Source of the DNA: Fibrobacterales bacterium | GTDB taxonomy: Bacteria > Fibrobacterota > Fibrobacteria > Fibrobacterales > JAOPTW01 | Reading direction: 5' to 3' | DNA length: 64,000 nt | NCBI GenBank assembly: GCA_051532055.1 | Contig: JAOPTX010000010.1 | Location: forward strand, 62,108 to 126,107 | Shown: positions 18,830 through 28,015 of the stretch, piece by piece | Position numbering within the stretch: position 1 is the first letter of the stretch | Layout of the letters: every line of letters begins with the position of its first letter | The notes under the pieces: model-generated | What the model was told of the DNA's origin: nothing | Databases searched by the model: none | Seen by the model: only the letters and a program-made list of their open reading frames with translations | Made by a program: the position numbers and the translations under genes

Positions 18830-20866
18830 TTAGGCTTTTAAATCTATGCCATCCCAACCAACAGGTTTTTGAGGTGGGGCCGAAGGCTCAGCGGCCCTAT
18901 CTTTGCCAGCGAGAAGCCCATAGCGAAGTTGTTCAAGGTTCCAGCCAAGTACCTGAAACTCTTTGGCTAGGTCAGCTCTTTCAGAATCAACAATGGAGCC
19001 GTGGGTACCATGAGAGTCAAGCAGCATAATATCCACGTTATCAGAGTCAAGATGGAAATTGATGCTCACATCACCGAGATTTGGTGTTTGTGTTTCAAGT
19101 ACAAAACCAATGGGCCCTTCTTTGGGGGAGCCTGATTGATCTTTTTCTCGATCATCTTTAACAGTAATACGACCTTTTTGGAGGTTTTGGTTGTGCATCC
19201 AGTAGAGGCTTTGTTGGTTGTTTTGCTCTTGTGTTTGTTGTTCAAAGAGGTTGGTTTGGACATGGTCAATGAGCGTGCGAAGGACAGTACTTTCTCGCAT
19301 GGTATCACTACTCTCATGTAGAGTCTGTAAGAGGGTAAGTGTTTCAAATGCTGATAAAGGCTTATTGGGAAACACCCCTTGGAGCTGTTGAAGAAGCTTG
19401 GGGTTGTTTGGGGGGACGAGGTTGCGGTCGACAGATTTAAACCCATCATACTGCAGTACTCGCTCAATTTCTTTAGGTGAGGGGAGTTCTAAATTGTTGG
19501 CAAGAAGGAGTTTGAAAAGGAGTTCTTCTTGGGTGGGTTTGAGGTTTTCGCCATGCGACAACATTGTTTCGGCAGTGTAAAAGAGATTCGACACCGCTTG
19601 AACCGTTTGTGGTGCCGCTTTTTGAAAGAGCTCTTGATACTGGTTTAAAAAACCTATGGTCTCGATAACTCGAGGAGTTGGTGAGACCTTTTGCAAAAAT
19701 GGGGGTGTTTTTGTTGAGTGCCGCATGATCTCAGATGATACGAGTTGCGATGAGTTCTTCTCGAGAGAAGTCTTGGGGGGGGCGGATTTCAAGAGCCTAT
19801 CAATTTCGAGCTCCGCCTGTTTTGGGTTGTTTTTAGCGCTGTACAACTTGAGGAGCTGTTCAATAGGGGTTGTAGTATTTGAAAATAGTTTCAGTGTTTG
19901 AGGAGAGGCTTCAGCAGTTGCAGGGTGGATATAGATCCCCTGTTTCGTCGGTGCTTGAGTGGTTGTGGGGCTCTCTTTCTTGTCTACGAGCTCAAAGAGG
20001 AATGATTCACCGGGTTTGAGGCCGAGTTCTTTGGGGAGGATCAGTTGCCGCCCTTCAACGACAATAGAGGTGCTCCCTTTTTCTCGAGACACAACATGGC
20101 CAAGAAGAAAGGGTGACTGTGTTTTTTCAATTTGGGTAGAAAGGAGTTGCGCTTGCTTCGCGGTAAGGGGGGTTGCAAGTCTTTGTTTAAACTCAAGTGC
20201 TATATCTGATACTTGGGGGAGATTTAATTTTTGATTTGAAAAAGCCGTTGCATCGAGGAGTTGTTGCACAACGGTATTTCCAAATTTTGTCGTTGGAGTA
20301 TAGGTTGTAGAAGAAGGTGATTTTATAAAGGAGTGGAGGAGTGTTGTGGCTTCGCGAGCGGCACTAAAATCATTGACGCTGAGGTGGTTAAGGAGGCGAA
20401 TTGCCATTTTGTCAGCTTGATGGAGTGTAGAATTTGCGGGTACAACTCGTAAGAGTTCATTTGAAATGAGTTGTTTGATTTTTTTTTCGAGCAGGTTGAG
20501 TTCATCAACCGGCGAGTTGGCAAGTTCTTGAAGAAGTCTTCGAATCTGTTCTCTTATTTTTACATCACTTTCAAGGTCGTGGAGTTTTTCAAAGATGGTT
20601 CCGAGTGTCTCAATAGATTGGGTACTGAGGTTGCCGGCAAAAATAGGCTTTTTTAAAATGTCTTGAATACTTGCAAGTAATTTTGCTTCGACAGAATCTT
20701 GTTTACTTTGTTGCTGCTGCCCGGACTGTTGTTGGTGTTTTTTATGCTCTTCATTGTCGATAAGGTGTTTTTCCACCTCAGAGTGTGTAGTGGCTGCTTC
20801 GGGAGCATCCACGCGGTGAGCTTTGGGTGGGCGAATAGGGTCGTGATAGTCAAGATGAATATTCAT
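18830..20866 (-). CDS. Flagellar hook-length control FliK-like protein
   Basis: Long Q/P/S/T-rich body; C-terminal ETQTPNLGDVSINF...LAKEFQVLGW...IDLKA resembles FliK-C. Confidence 0.6.
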   Translation of the reverse strand: MNIHLDYHDPIRPPKAHRVDAPEAATTHSEVEKHLIDNEEHKKHQQQSGQQQQSKQDSVEAKLLASIQDILKKPIFAGNLSTQSIETLGTIFEKLHDLESDVKIREQIRRLLQELANSPVDELNLLEKKIKQLISNELLRVVPANSTLHQADKMAIRLLNHLSVNDFSAAREATTLLHSFIKSPSSTTYTPTTKFGNTVVQQLLDATAFSNQKLNLPQVSDIALEFKQRLATPLTAKQAQLLSTQIEKTQSPFLLGHVVSREKGSTSIVVEGRQLILPKELGLKPGESFLFELVDKKESPTTTQAPTKQGIYIHPATAEASPQTLKLFSNTTTPIEQLLKLYSAKNNPKQAELEIDRLLKSAPPKTSLEKNSSQLVSSEIMRHSTKTPPFLQKVSPTPRVIETIGFLNQYQELFQKAAPQTVQAVSNLFYTAETMLSHGENLKPTQEELLFKLLLANNLELPSPKEIERVLQYDGFKSVDRNLVPPNNPKLLQQLQGVFPNKPLSAFETLTLLQTLHESSDTMRESTVLRTLIDHVQTNLFEQQTQEQNNQQSLYWMHNQNLQKGRITVKDDREKDQSGSPKEGPIGFVLETQTPNLGDVSINFHLDSDNVDIMLLDSHGTHGSIVDSERADLAKEFQVLGWNLEQLRYGLLAGKDRAAEPSAPPQKPVGWDGIDLKA

Positions 20867-20965
20867 GTGAGTAACCCTGGGTAAGTCGGTGAGCCGTTAC
20901 AAATGAGGTGGATTCTCTTGCAAAGAAAACGGAGAGTGGCTCCCGGTTTTCAGTGCTCGTTGCAT

Positions 20966-21937
20966 CTACTCTTCTCGTTGCATGCGGATAATAAGATCAA
21001 CCTGATCTTGGCTAATGCGAAGGCGACGTGCAATTTCTGATGAGGTATATCCACGACGCGCAAGCTTAATGACATCAGCATTGATCTGGGCTTCTTTTTC
21101 AAACACTTCTTCTTTGGTCTCAGACTCATCATCGACTAAAGGGGGTACAAAAGGAGTCTCGGGAGAAATGATTTCTATTTTACCAGAATCAGTCTCTTTT
21201 TGCACAATACTTTCGGTAGGTGGTATCACCGGAACAGCTTCGGTCTCGGTAAATGTATTGCTCGACACCCTTACTCGAGGCTTTTCAGCTCTATCGCGTG
21301 CTACGCCTTGGGGCGCCTCTTGGTCAGTAGTTACCCCCGCGCTCTTTTCAGCTTTTTTCTCTTCCAAACTTTTGTTGAGTGTTTTCAGCATCATACTGAT
21401 ACTCTCTTTGGGCCGTTGTTTGGTATTGGCTTGTTCTATGGCATTATCAAATCGCTGAGCAAGTGAAGGTTTGGGGTCTTGAGGGAGTACCGGTTCTGGT
21501 TTTTTTCGACGAATCAGATAGATAACCACTGCTATAAGTAAGATTAGGATTCCAATGGGGATTGCGAGGGCTGTCAAAATGGTAGAAGAAAGTGATTCAA
21601 CTGATTGTTCTGAATTTGATTCAGTGTCTATTGATTCGCCTGCTAGTTTTGAGCGAATGGTCTCAATTTTGGTGCGATAATATTTTTGTCGTTCTTGATC
21701 AAGAAGCTTTATTTTAGAGTCTGTCTCATTACGAATCTTAAAATCGAGAGTATTGAGGGAGTCAATATACGTGTGGTACTTCTCTTCTTGCTCTTTGAGT
21801 GCATGATTACTGCCAAAAAGTGATTGAATTGGGAGTGTATTAGGAGAAAAGAGAGCAAAACCTTCAATAACTGCAATAGTGCCAATGGCCATTGCTGCAA
21901 TAATGATAATTATTTTGGTTAGTTTGTTTTTATTCAT
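20966..21937 (-). CDS. Membrane protein with C-terminal HTH-like motif (flagella-associated DUF2802/DUF6115-like)
   Basis: Two TM segments, coiled coil, C-terminal VIKLARRGYTSSEIARRLRISQDQVDLII. Confidence 0.6.
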   Translation of the reverse strand: MNKNKLTKIIIIIAAMAIGTIAVIEGFALFSPNTLPIQSLFGSNHALKEQEEKYHTYIDSLNTLDFKIRNETDSKIKLLDQERQKYYRTKIETIRSKLAGESIDTESNSEQSVESLSSTILTALAIPIGILILLIAVVIYLIRRKKPEPVLPQDPKPSLAQRFDNAIEQANTKQRPKESISMMLKTLNKSLEEKKAEKSAGVTTDQEAPQGVARDRAEKPRVRVSSNTFTETEAVPVIPPTESIVQKETDSGKIEIISPETPFVPPLVDDESETKEEVFEKEAQINADVIKLARRGYTSSEIARRLRISQDQVDLIIRMQREE

Positions 21938-22140
21938 GACTAAAAGTTAAGTATATTTGCTTTTTTTGCGGAAAAAAGTGCAATTATGGCTCAATTATTT
22001 GTAAAATCGTGATCAAATAACTGTGTGTGTAGTTTGTATACAAAAATTTTACATGAGCCATTGTTAGTCATTGGCAAATAACTCAAATGCAACTACATTA
22101 TTAATAAAGCAGGGGACTCCCCGAACAAAAGGATACTAGT

Positions 22141-22572
22141 ATGAAAAATCAAAAAGGTTTTACGCTCATTGAGCTTATGGTTGTAATTGTCATTATCGGG
22201 ATTCTTGCTGCAATTGCAATTCCAAGTATGTCAGGTGTGAGTGATAAAGCGCGAGCATCTGAGGCCATCAATTCCATTGGTGCATTTGAAAATCTTCAGT
22301 CAGCATATTCTATTGAAGATCCTAATAATGCAGGGTCGGCAACAAATATTGGGTTTATGGCGCCAACTGGTAGCGATGTCGGTTATAGTACTGTGACTGC
22401 AGGAACTCTTGATGCGTCATTTGTTCCAGCAATAAATAGTTGTGGGCATGCTACTGCTGCTCTTAATAATGGGTGGAAAACTGTTACAACAACAGGTACT
22501 AATCCATGGGGATTTACTCATACGATTCCAGGTGGAGCAAACTGTTCAAAGTTGACTCCGAATTTTATTTAG
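22141..22572 (+). CDS. Type IVa pilin
   Basis: MKNQKG^FTLIELMVVIVIIGILAAIAIP prepilin cleavage site with Glu5; C-terminal Cys pair. Confidence 0.92.
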   Translation: MKNQKGFTLIELMVVIVIIGILAAIAIPSMSGVSDKARASEAINSIGAFENLQSAYSIEDPNNAGSATNIGFMAPTGSDVGYSTVTAGTLDASFVPAINSCGHATAALNNGWKTVTTTGTNPWGFTHTIPGGANCSKLTPNFI

Positions 22573-22590
22573 TACTTACTGTTCTTATTT

Positions 22591-22619
22591 AAAAAGCTGC
22601 CTATAGGGCAGCTTTTTTT
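22591..22619. terminator. Bidirectional terminator after pilin
   Basis: AAAAAGCTGCC-TATAG-GGCAGCTTTTT between convergent genes. Confidence 0.85.
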
Positions 22620-22654
22620 GTTTTTAATACTCAGAAGTTTTTTTCAAGACTTTT

Positions 22655-23404
22655 TTAATCAATATAGGGTATGAAACGCTGATAGGCTTCACTTAGTGAA
22701 ATGAGGTCACCCTGTAAAGAAGATATTGTTTCAGCAATTGCAAGAGAATCAATTGGTTTATTAGTTTTCAACAAATTAAGAATATTCGACTTTATTCCTT
22801 CTTGTAGGGGATATTGAGGGAAGTGTACTAAGTCATACAAATAAATCTGTAAGGCAATAGGGGTCGTACTTCCCTGTGCTTGAAATGTCCGGTGAATATG
22901 ACGTATATGAGGCGGAATATCATTGCGTGTTTCAAAGGGCCGCATCACAGAAGCAGCGGCAAGGTAATCTCCTTTTTTTCGTACGAGTCTTAAGGCATAG
23001 AAGAGCTGAACCCGCCAATTGGAGGTGACATTTTCTGCTCCACGTTTAAGTATGGTAAGGTCGAGTGAGTCAGTCCCTTCTTTAAAAACCGTTCCCGTAA
23101 AGAGGTAGGCTGCTTCAAATTGTGGATCGAGCTGGGTAATGAGGTCGACCAGATGAAGTATCCAAACAGACTCTTTGGCAGTGAGAATGTTCTCCCCAAA
23201 ATAGAGCATTGCGTCAATCCAAATGAGACCTGCGATGCTGTTTTTGTGTCCCATACTCATAGTTTTAACATAAGCTGTATTGGGGAGGTACTGGTAATCG
23301 CCCTGCTTGGGGCGCGATTCTTGAATATCAGAAATTGTAGGATTAAGGAGATATAACCCGAGGAGTGCTCCAGTGAGACTGAGAATAATACCATATTGTT
23401 TCAT
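22655..23404 (-). CDS. Pilin-associated protein (Myxococcus PilG / Geobacter XapA-like, TPR-like)
   Basis: WIDAMLYFG...LITQLDPQF..AYLF...ILKRG...WR pattern typical of proteins beside deltaproteobacterial pilA; adjacent to pilin. Confidence 0.55.
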   Translation of the reverse strand: MKQYGIILSLTGALLGLYLLNPTISDIQESRPKQGDYQYLPNTAYVKTMSMGHKNSIAGLIWIDAMLYFGENILTAKESVWILHLVDLITQLDPQFEAAYLFTGTVFKEGTDSLDLTILKRGAENVTSNWRVQLFYALRLVRKKGDYLAAASVMRPFETRNDIPPHIRHIHRTFQAQGSTTPIALQIYLYDLVHFPQYPLQEGIKSNILNLLKTNKPIDSLAIAETISSLQGDLISLSEAYQRFIPYID

Positions 23405-23433
23405 AATGGCTAATATAGAAAAGGCTGGTAGAA

Positions 23434-23458
23434 ATTCTGAATTCTGATTTCTGAATTT
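23434..23458. repeat. Short tandem heptamer repeat (ATTCTGA) x~3.5
   Basis: attctga attctga tttctga attt. Confidence 0.7.
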
Positions 23459-23519
23459 AAAAATTTCTTTTTACTCGGTGCAATTTGTTATTTTCACAGG
23501 TACACTAGAGGAGCAGTAT

Positions 23520-24110
23520 ATGCCATTTGAGCACAGTAAATCAGTAAAACGTCGGTATCACGATGGAGATTTTCATTCTCGTTATTTTGTGGGGCATGGA
23601 ATTGATATTGGTGGAAAACCTGACCCTCTCAGCTGCTACGTGGGCATATTTCCATTGATGCATTCGGTCCGAACGTGGGATATTGAGGATGGGGATGCAA
23701 ACTATATGCAAGGCGTGGTTGATAACTCTCTGGATTTTGTGGCATCAAGTCATTGCCTTGAACATATGGTTGATCCAAAACTCGCTCTCGCACATTGGAT
23801 CCGAATTGTAAAGCCGGGTGGGCATCTTATTATTACGATACCCGATGAAGATATGTACGAGGGAGGGGTTTTTCCGAGTCGCTATAATCCCGATCATAAA
23901 TGGACTTTTACCATGCACAAAATAAAGAGTTGGTCTCCCAAGTCAATTAATGTGCTCGAGATGTTGATTGAGTTTTCACCCGTTGTTGAAATTGAAAAAG
24001 TTCAGCAGATAAAAGAATTTTTTAGACCCGAATTTGTCGCCAAAAATATAGATCAGACACTAGCGCCGAATCCTGAGTGTTGCTTAGAATTTATCTTGAA
24101 GAAACGGTAG
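23520..24110 (+). CDS. Class I SAM-dependent methyltransferase
   Basis: GIDIGG, LDFVASSHCLEH, RIVKPGGHLIITIPD; RBS GAGGAG before ATG 23520. Confidence 0.85.
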   Translation: MPFEHSKSVKRRYHDGDFHSRYFVGHGIDIGGKPDPLSCYVGIFPLMHSVRTWDIEDGDANYMQGVVDNSLDFVASSHCLEHMVDPKLALAHWIRIVKPGGHLIITIPDEDMYEGGVFPSRYNPDHKWTFTMHKIKSWSPKSINVLEMLIEFSPVVEIEKVQQIKEFFRPEFVAKNIDQTLAPNPECCLEFILKKR

Positions 24111-24197
24111 AGGCAGAAATAACAATAAGAGGCATCGCTCTTCAGCCTGAGTGAGCTTCATTGAACGTGCAAACTGGGGGCTAGGCGTTATGCTCCA

Positions 24198-26357
24198 TTA
24201 CTCTTCAAGGAATGCCATAAACTCAGTTTTTTGATCAACAAATTCGCCAAGATTGGTGTTGCGTTTAATAATTCGATTATTGGTAATAGCTCGTTTGATA
24301 GTGCCCATATTAGCGATAAGGAAAATACGCTCTTTGGCTCTGGTTATAGCCGTATAGAGTAGGTTTCGTTGGAGCATCATATAATGAGACGCATCGAGAA
24401 CTACGACAACAACTTTATATTCTGATCCCTGACTTTTGTGGATGGTACTTGCATAGGCAAGAGAAACTTGTTCCATCTCGTTGTACTCGAGTTTAACCGG
24501 TTCATCAAAATCAACTGAGACTGTTTTGTCAGATCGATTAATCCATGAAATATACCCGATGTCTCCATTAAAAATATTTTTGTCGTAATTATTTTTGAGT
24601 TGCATTACTTTGTCCCCTACTCTAAATTCAGTACCTGCAACTTTAACCATGTCACCTTTGGGGTTGAGGCGTGCTTGCAGTGCTTTATTGAGTTCGAGAG
24701 TACCTATTTCTCCTCGGTGCATGGGGGTGAGAACTTGAATGTCTTCAACAGGGTTAAGTTTAAAATGGTTAGGTATTTTTTTTGATACCAAGTCAACGAT
24801 GAGGTTCTGAGCCTCTTCTCTTGACTCATAGTCTCGGATATGAAAATTTGTCTGACGTTCAATAACGGGCATGTCACCGCGATTTATAAGTTGTGCATTT
24901 ATCGGGATCGCGGACTCTTCTGCCTGACGGAAAATGGTTTCTAGGGATCCTTGTGGTATAGAAACACTGAGAAGTTCTCGTAAAATATTACCGGGGCCAA
25001 CGGAGGGGAGTTGGTCTTTGTCGCCTATGAGGATAAGGCGAGTCCCGTTAGGGATAGCGCGTACGAGGGCATACATGAGGTGTGTGTCGATCATTGATGC
25101 TTCATCGATAATCACCACACCTGTTTTGAGAGGTTCACTTTCGTTGTGAAAAAAACCAGCACTCGGCTCGTATTTGAGGAGTCGGTGAATGGTTTGGGCG
25201 GAGTCACAACAGACCTCACTCATTCTTTTAGCTGCTCGACCTGTAGGGGCTGCTAAGATGTAGCTGATATCTAATTCTTTAAGAAGATGTAATATGCCGA
25301 GAAGGGTGGTGGTTTTTCCCGTACCTGGTCCACCAGTGAGTATAAAAAGCTGCTCTTGAACTGCTTTGCAAATAAACTCTTTTTGGGTGTCGCTATATTT
25401 GAGGCCACCATTTTGTTCAAGTTGGGCTAATTTTTTGGTAAGGCGAACTGTTTTGTCTTTTGCTTTTGGAAAGTCAAGAAAGGTGATAACTCTATTGGCT
25501 ATTCCTTTTTCTGCGTCGTACATTTCGGGGAGATAGAGGTGCTCTTCAAAGGTGATCACTTTTTTGGCATCGATAAGATAATCGAGACTAAAAAGAGTAC
25601 GCTCTCTAATGTCTTGGCTACCTGTCGGGTCGAGGAGCCGCCAAGTGTCATCGAGGAGTTCTTGTTTGGGAAGGTAGCAGTGGCCGTCTTGCATAGCTAT
25701 TTCTAGGCTGTAGAGTATGCCGGCCCTTATTCTAAAATAGGACTCAGACTCGATCTGTAATTTGCGAGCTATGTCATCGGCCTTTACAAATCCAATACCC
25801 CATACTTCTTCTGCAAGAATATAGGGATTGTCACTTACTCTTTTTTTAGTAGTTGAACCAAACTTTTCGTAAATCCGCATAGCGGTCCCTGTGGGGACAT
25901 TTAATTGATAAAGAAAATAGAGCATTTCTTGAGAGGCGATGTTCTCTTCCCAGTCTTCGAGAAACTTAATAGCCTTTTTTTCGTTGATAGTCTCAACTTC
26001 AGAGATTCGTTCAGGATTTTCTTTAAGAAGTTCGAGGGTGTCGAGTCCAAAAACGTCAAAAATGCGTTGTGCAGTTGTGGGGCCGACTCCTCTGAAAAGT
26101 CCAGAACTGAGGTACTTTACAATAGCCTCTTCACCTTGCGGTGGGAGCACTTCGTGATTGGTTGCTTTAAACTGTTTTCCAAATTTGGGATGGTCTATCC
26201 ATGAGCCTTCGAAAGCGATAGTTTCGCCAATATGAAGGTGAGGGAAGGAGCCGACAACCACTAAGGTTGCACCAGTATCATCCTCAATGACTTTGAGAAT
26301 TGAATATCCGTTATCTTCGTTGCGGAAGGTGATGTTATTGAGTGAACCCTGAATCAT
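24198..26357 (-). CDS. recD2: ATP-dependent RecD2-like DNA helicase
   Basis: N-terminal OB/HhH, TGGPGTGKTT, APTGRAAKR, IDEASM, GDKDQLPSVGPG, YASTIHKSQGSEY, LLYTAITRAK. Confidence 0.95.
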   Translation of the reverse strand: MIQGSLNNITFRNEDNGYSILKVIEDDTGATLVVVGSFPHLHIGETIAFEGSWIDHPKFGKQFKATNHEVLPPQGEEAIVKYLSSGLFRGVGPTTAQRIFDVFGLDTLELLKENPERISEVETINEKKAIKFLEDWEENIASQEMLYFLYQLNVPTGTAMRIYEKFGSTTKKRVSDNPYILAEEVWGIGFVKADDIARKLQIESESYFRIRAGILYSLEIAMQDGHCYLPKQELLDDTWRLLDPTGSQDIRERTLFSLDYLIDAKKVITFEEHLYLPEMYDAEKGIANRVITFLDFPKAKDKTVRLTKKLAQLEQNGGLKYSDTQKEFICKAVQEQLFILTGGPGTGKTTTLLGILHLLKELDISYILAAPTGRAAKRMSEVCCDSAQTIHRLLKYEPSAGFFHNESEPLKTGVVIIDEASMIDTHLMYALVRAIPNGTRLILIGDKDQLPSVGPGNILRELLSVSIPQGSLETIFRQAEESAIPINAQLINRGDMPVIERQTNFHIRDYESREEAQNLIVDLVSKKIPNHFKLNPVEDIQVLTPMHRGEIGTLELNKALQARLNPKGDMVKVAGTEFRVGDKVMQLKNNYDKNIFNGDIGYISWINRSDKTVSVDFDEPVKLEYNEMEQVSLAYASTIHKSQGSEYKVVVVVLDASHYMMLQRNLLYTAITRAKERIFLIANMGTIKRAITNNRIIKRNTNLGEFVDQKTEFMAFLEE

Positions 26358-26371
26358 GGGAATAAAAATAA

Positions 26372-26485
26372 AAAAAGAAGACCCGTTATATCCAGAACAT
26401 TCCTAAAATGGCCCATTGTAGCCAAGAAGATTACTCAGCACGAGTGCACTTTTAGAGATGTACTGAAAAGGGGTCTTCCTTTTCA
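26372..26485 (-). ncRNA. Candidate structured RNA (~110 nt) of unknown family
   Basis: Nested stems GAAGACCC/GGGTCTTC, TTCAG/CTGGA, ACAT/ATGT, TCTAAAA/TTTTAGG plus two terminal hairpins; G-U pairs form only on the minus strand; ends in T-run. Confidence 0.45.
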
Positions 26486-26508
26486 AGATTTTTATTTAAA
26501 AAAAAGGC

Positions 26509-26604
26509 CTATTTACCTTTTTTCTTATGTCTGTCTTTACGACGTCTTTTTTTACGCTTATGCGTAGCAATCTTTTTTCTCTTGCGTTTTTTTCCAGATG
26601 GCAT
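26509..26604 (-). CDS. 30S ribosomal protein bS22 (AURKAIP1/COX24 family), 31 aa
   Basis: MPSGKKRKRKKIATHKRKKRRRKDRHKKKGK; below the ORF-track length cutoff. Confidence 0.9.
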   Translation of the reverse strand: MPSGKKRKRKKIATHKRKKRRRKDRHKKKGK

Positions 26605-26634
26605 GTATTTCTCATGTTATTAGTGAATGCGACT

Positions 26635-26664
26635 AAATTAAGAAATATATTAAGCAATTGTCAA
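26635..26664 (-). promoter_or_regulatory. Sigma70-type promoter for bS22
   Basis: TTGACA-N18-TAATTT on minus strand. Confidence 0.55.
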
Positions 26665-26741
26665 CGGATATAGCTTTCATCAGATAATAGAACCAAATAT
26701 TTGCTATTTTTGGGGCTTCTTAAATAATACTTGGAGTTACT

Positions 26742-27524
26742 ATGCATTGGAGAAGGTGGACCCTTTTAGGACTATTTACGCTTTTTTTAGGTTCAATATT
26801 CGCGGATTCGGTCTTAGCAGATGCTGTTTTTGAGGGAGGTCGTGTTGGATATACCCTGATAGCATGGCCTACGATTATAAAAGTACTCGTTATTGCTGTT
26901 TCTTGTGCTATTACACGAATCGGTTTCAGTAATAAAGTTGGGCTTGTGTTGATTATGCTCTCTTTCGCTGTTTTATACCCTGGGCTTACTGAGACAATGC
27001 TCACTATTGATATGAGTACTCAAGTTAATGCATCAATTCCCCAATTTAAACAGCAGGTTGCTGATTTTAATGCGACGATAATGAACAAGCAGCGCTCTAT
27101 CGTTGGAACGGTGAGTGATCTGTATGAATATGATAAATACTTAGTAGCAACACTCATTCTTATTTTTAGTGCAATAATTCCTATAGCAAAAGGATTTATG
27201 CTTCTCATCGTTCTTTTTTCTAAAAATGTTAGAGTCGAACGAGGACTCTATAATTTTGTTAAGTCTATTGGGAAATGGTCAATGGCTGATGTGTTTGTAT
27301 GTGCTATTTTTCTTGGGTATCTTTCAATGAAAGATCAAGCGCAACAAGTAATGAAAGAGGTGTCGGTCATGTCTATGAAGATGCAGGTGAATATCGACCT
27401 TCTTTCTGATGCATGGGTTGGCCCAGGCTTTTATTACTTTCTTGTCTATTGTATTGTCTCACTTGCGGCCTTACACTTTATTAAAATATCGCCAAAACCA
27501 CAATCGGTAGAAGTACAGCGGTAA
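26742..27524 (+). CDS. Paraquat-inducible protein A (PqiA-like) membrane protein
   Basis: RSIVGTV..L...VATLILIFSAIIPIAK...IGKWSMADVFV...GPGFYYF. Confidence 0.82.
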   Translation: MHWRRWTLLGLFTLFLGSIFADSVLADAVFEGGRVGYTLIAWPTIIKVLVIAVSCAITRIGFSNKVGLVLIMLSFAVLYPGLTETMLTIDMSTQVNASIPQFKQQVADFNATIMNKQRSIVGTVSDLYEYDKYLVATLILIFSAIIPIAKGFMLLIVLFSKNVRVERGLYNFVKSIGKWSMADVFVCAIFLGYLSMKDQAQQVMKEVSVMSMKMQVNIDLLSDAWVGPGFYYFLVYCIVSLAALHFIKISPKPQSVEVQR

Positions 27525-27539
27525 TATCAAGGAGAACGT

Positions 27540-27974
27540 ATGAAATTTGAAGATGAGATTGGGCGTGCAATTGAGTTAATGGCAGAAGAGCAGCACACTG
27601 ATGCAGAGACACTCTTTTATGAGATTATTGGAATGATTAAGGCTGAGCTGAGTCATGATACTCATAACAGAGAACTTTTGCATCAATGGGCGATTTGTCT
27701 TTCTTGTATGGATGAGTATGAGCAAGCACTTCTTAAATATGAGAGAATCGTTTCAATAGATGTTCATGATAAAGATGCCTGGTTTCAAATATGTTCACTG
27801 CTCCTCACTCTTGAACGCCCCCAAGAGGCTGAACATATTCTCGAAGAGAAGCTCATCCCTCTTGATCCAGAGAATGAAGAGTATAAAGAAGCTCTTGCTA
27901 CGGCTAAGCTCACGCTTAAAATCGAGCGTGGTGACATCAATCTCGATGCCGAAATTCAAGACGATAGAACGTAA
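27540..27974 (+). CDS. Acidic TPR-repeat protein
   Basis: Helical TPR pattern (YEQALLKYE...AWFQIC...LDPENEEY); RBS AAGGAG. Confidence 0.7.
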   Translation: MKFEDEIGRAIELMAEEQHTDAETLFYEIIGMIKAELSHDTHNRELLHQWAICLSCMDEYEQALLKYERIVSIDVHDKDAWFQICSLLLTLERPQEAEHILEEKLIPLDPENEEYKEALATAKLTLKIERGDINLDAEIQDDRT

Positions 27975-28015
27975 GTTCATATGAGGGTGTAGAGCCCTCA
28001 ATTTCGTATGAGTTA

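Noticed and set aside
21985..22092. Sigma54 promoter for the pilin
   Set aside because: TGGC motifs here lack GC at the -12 position; a CTACATT -10 box explains the promoter better
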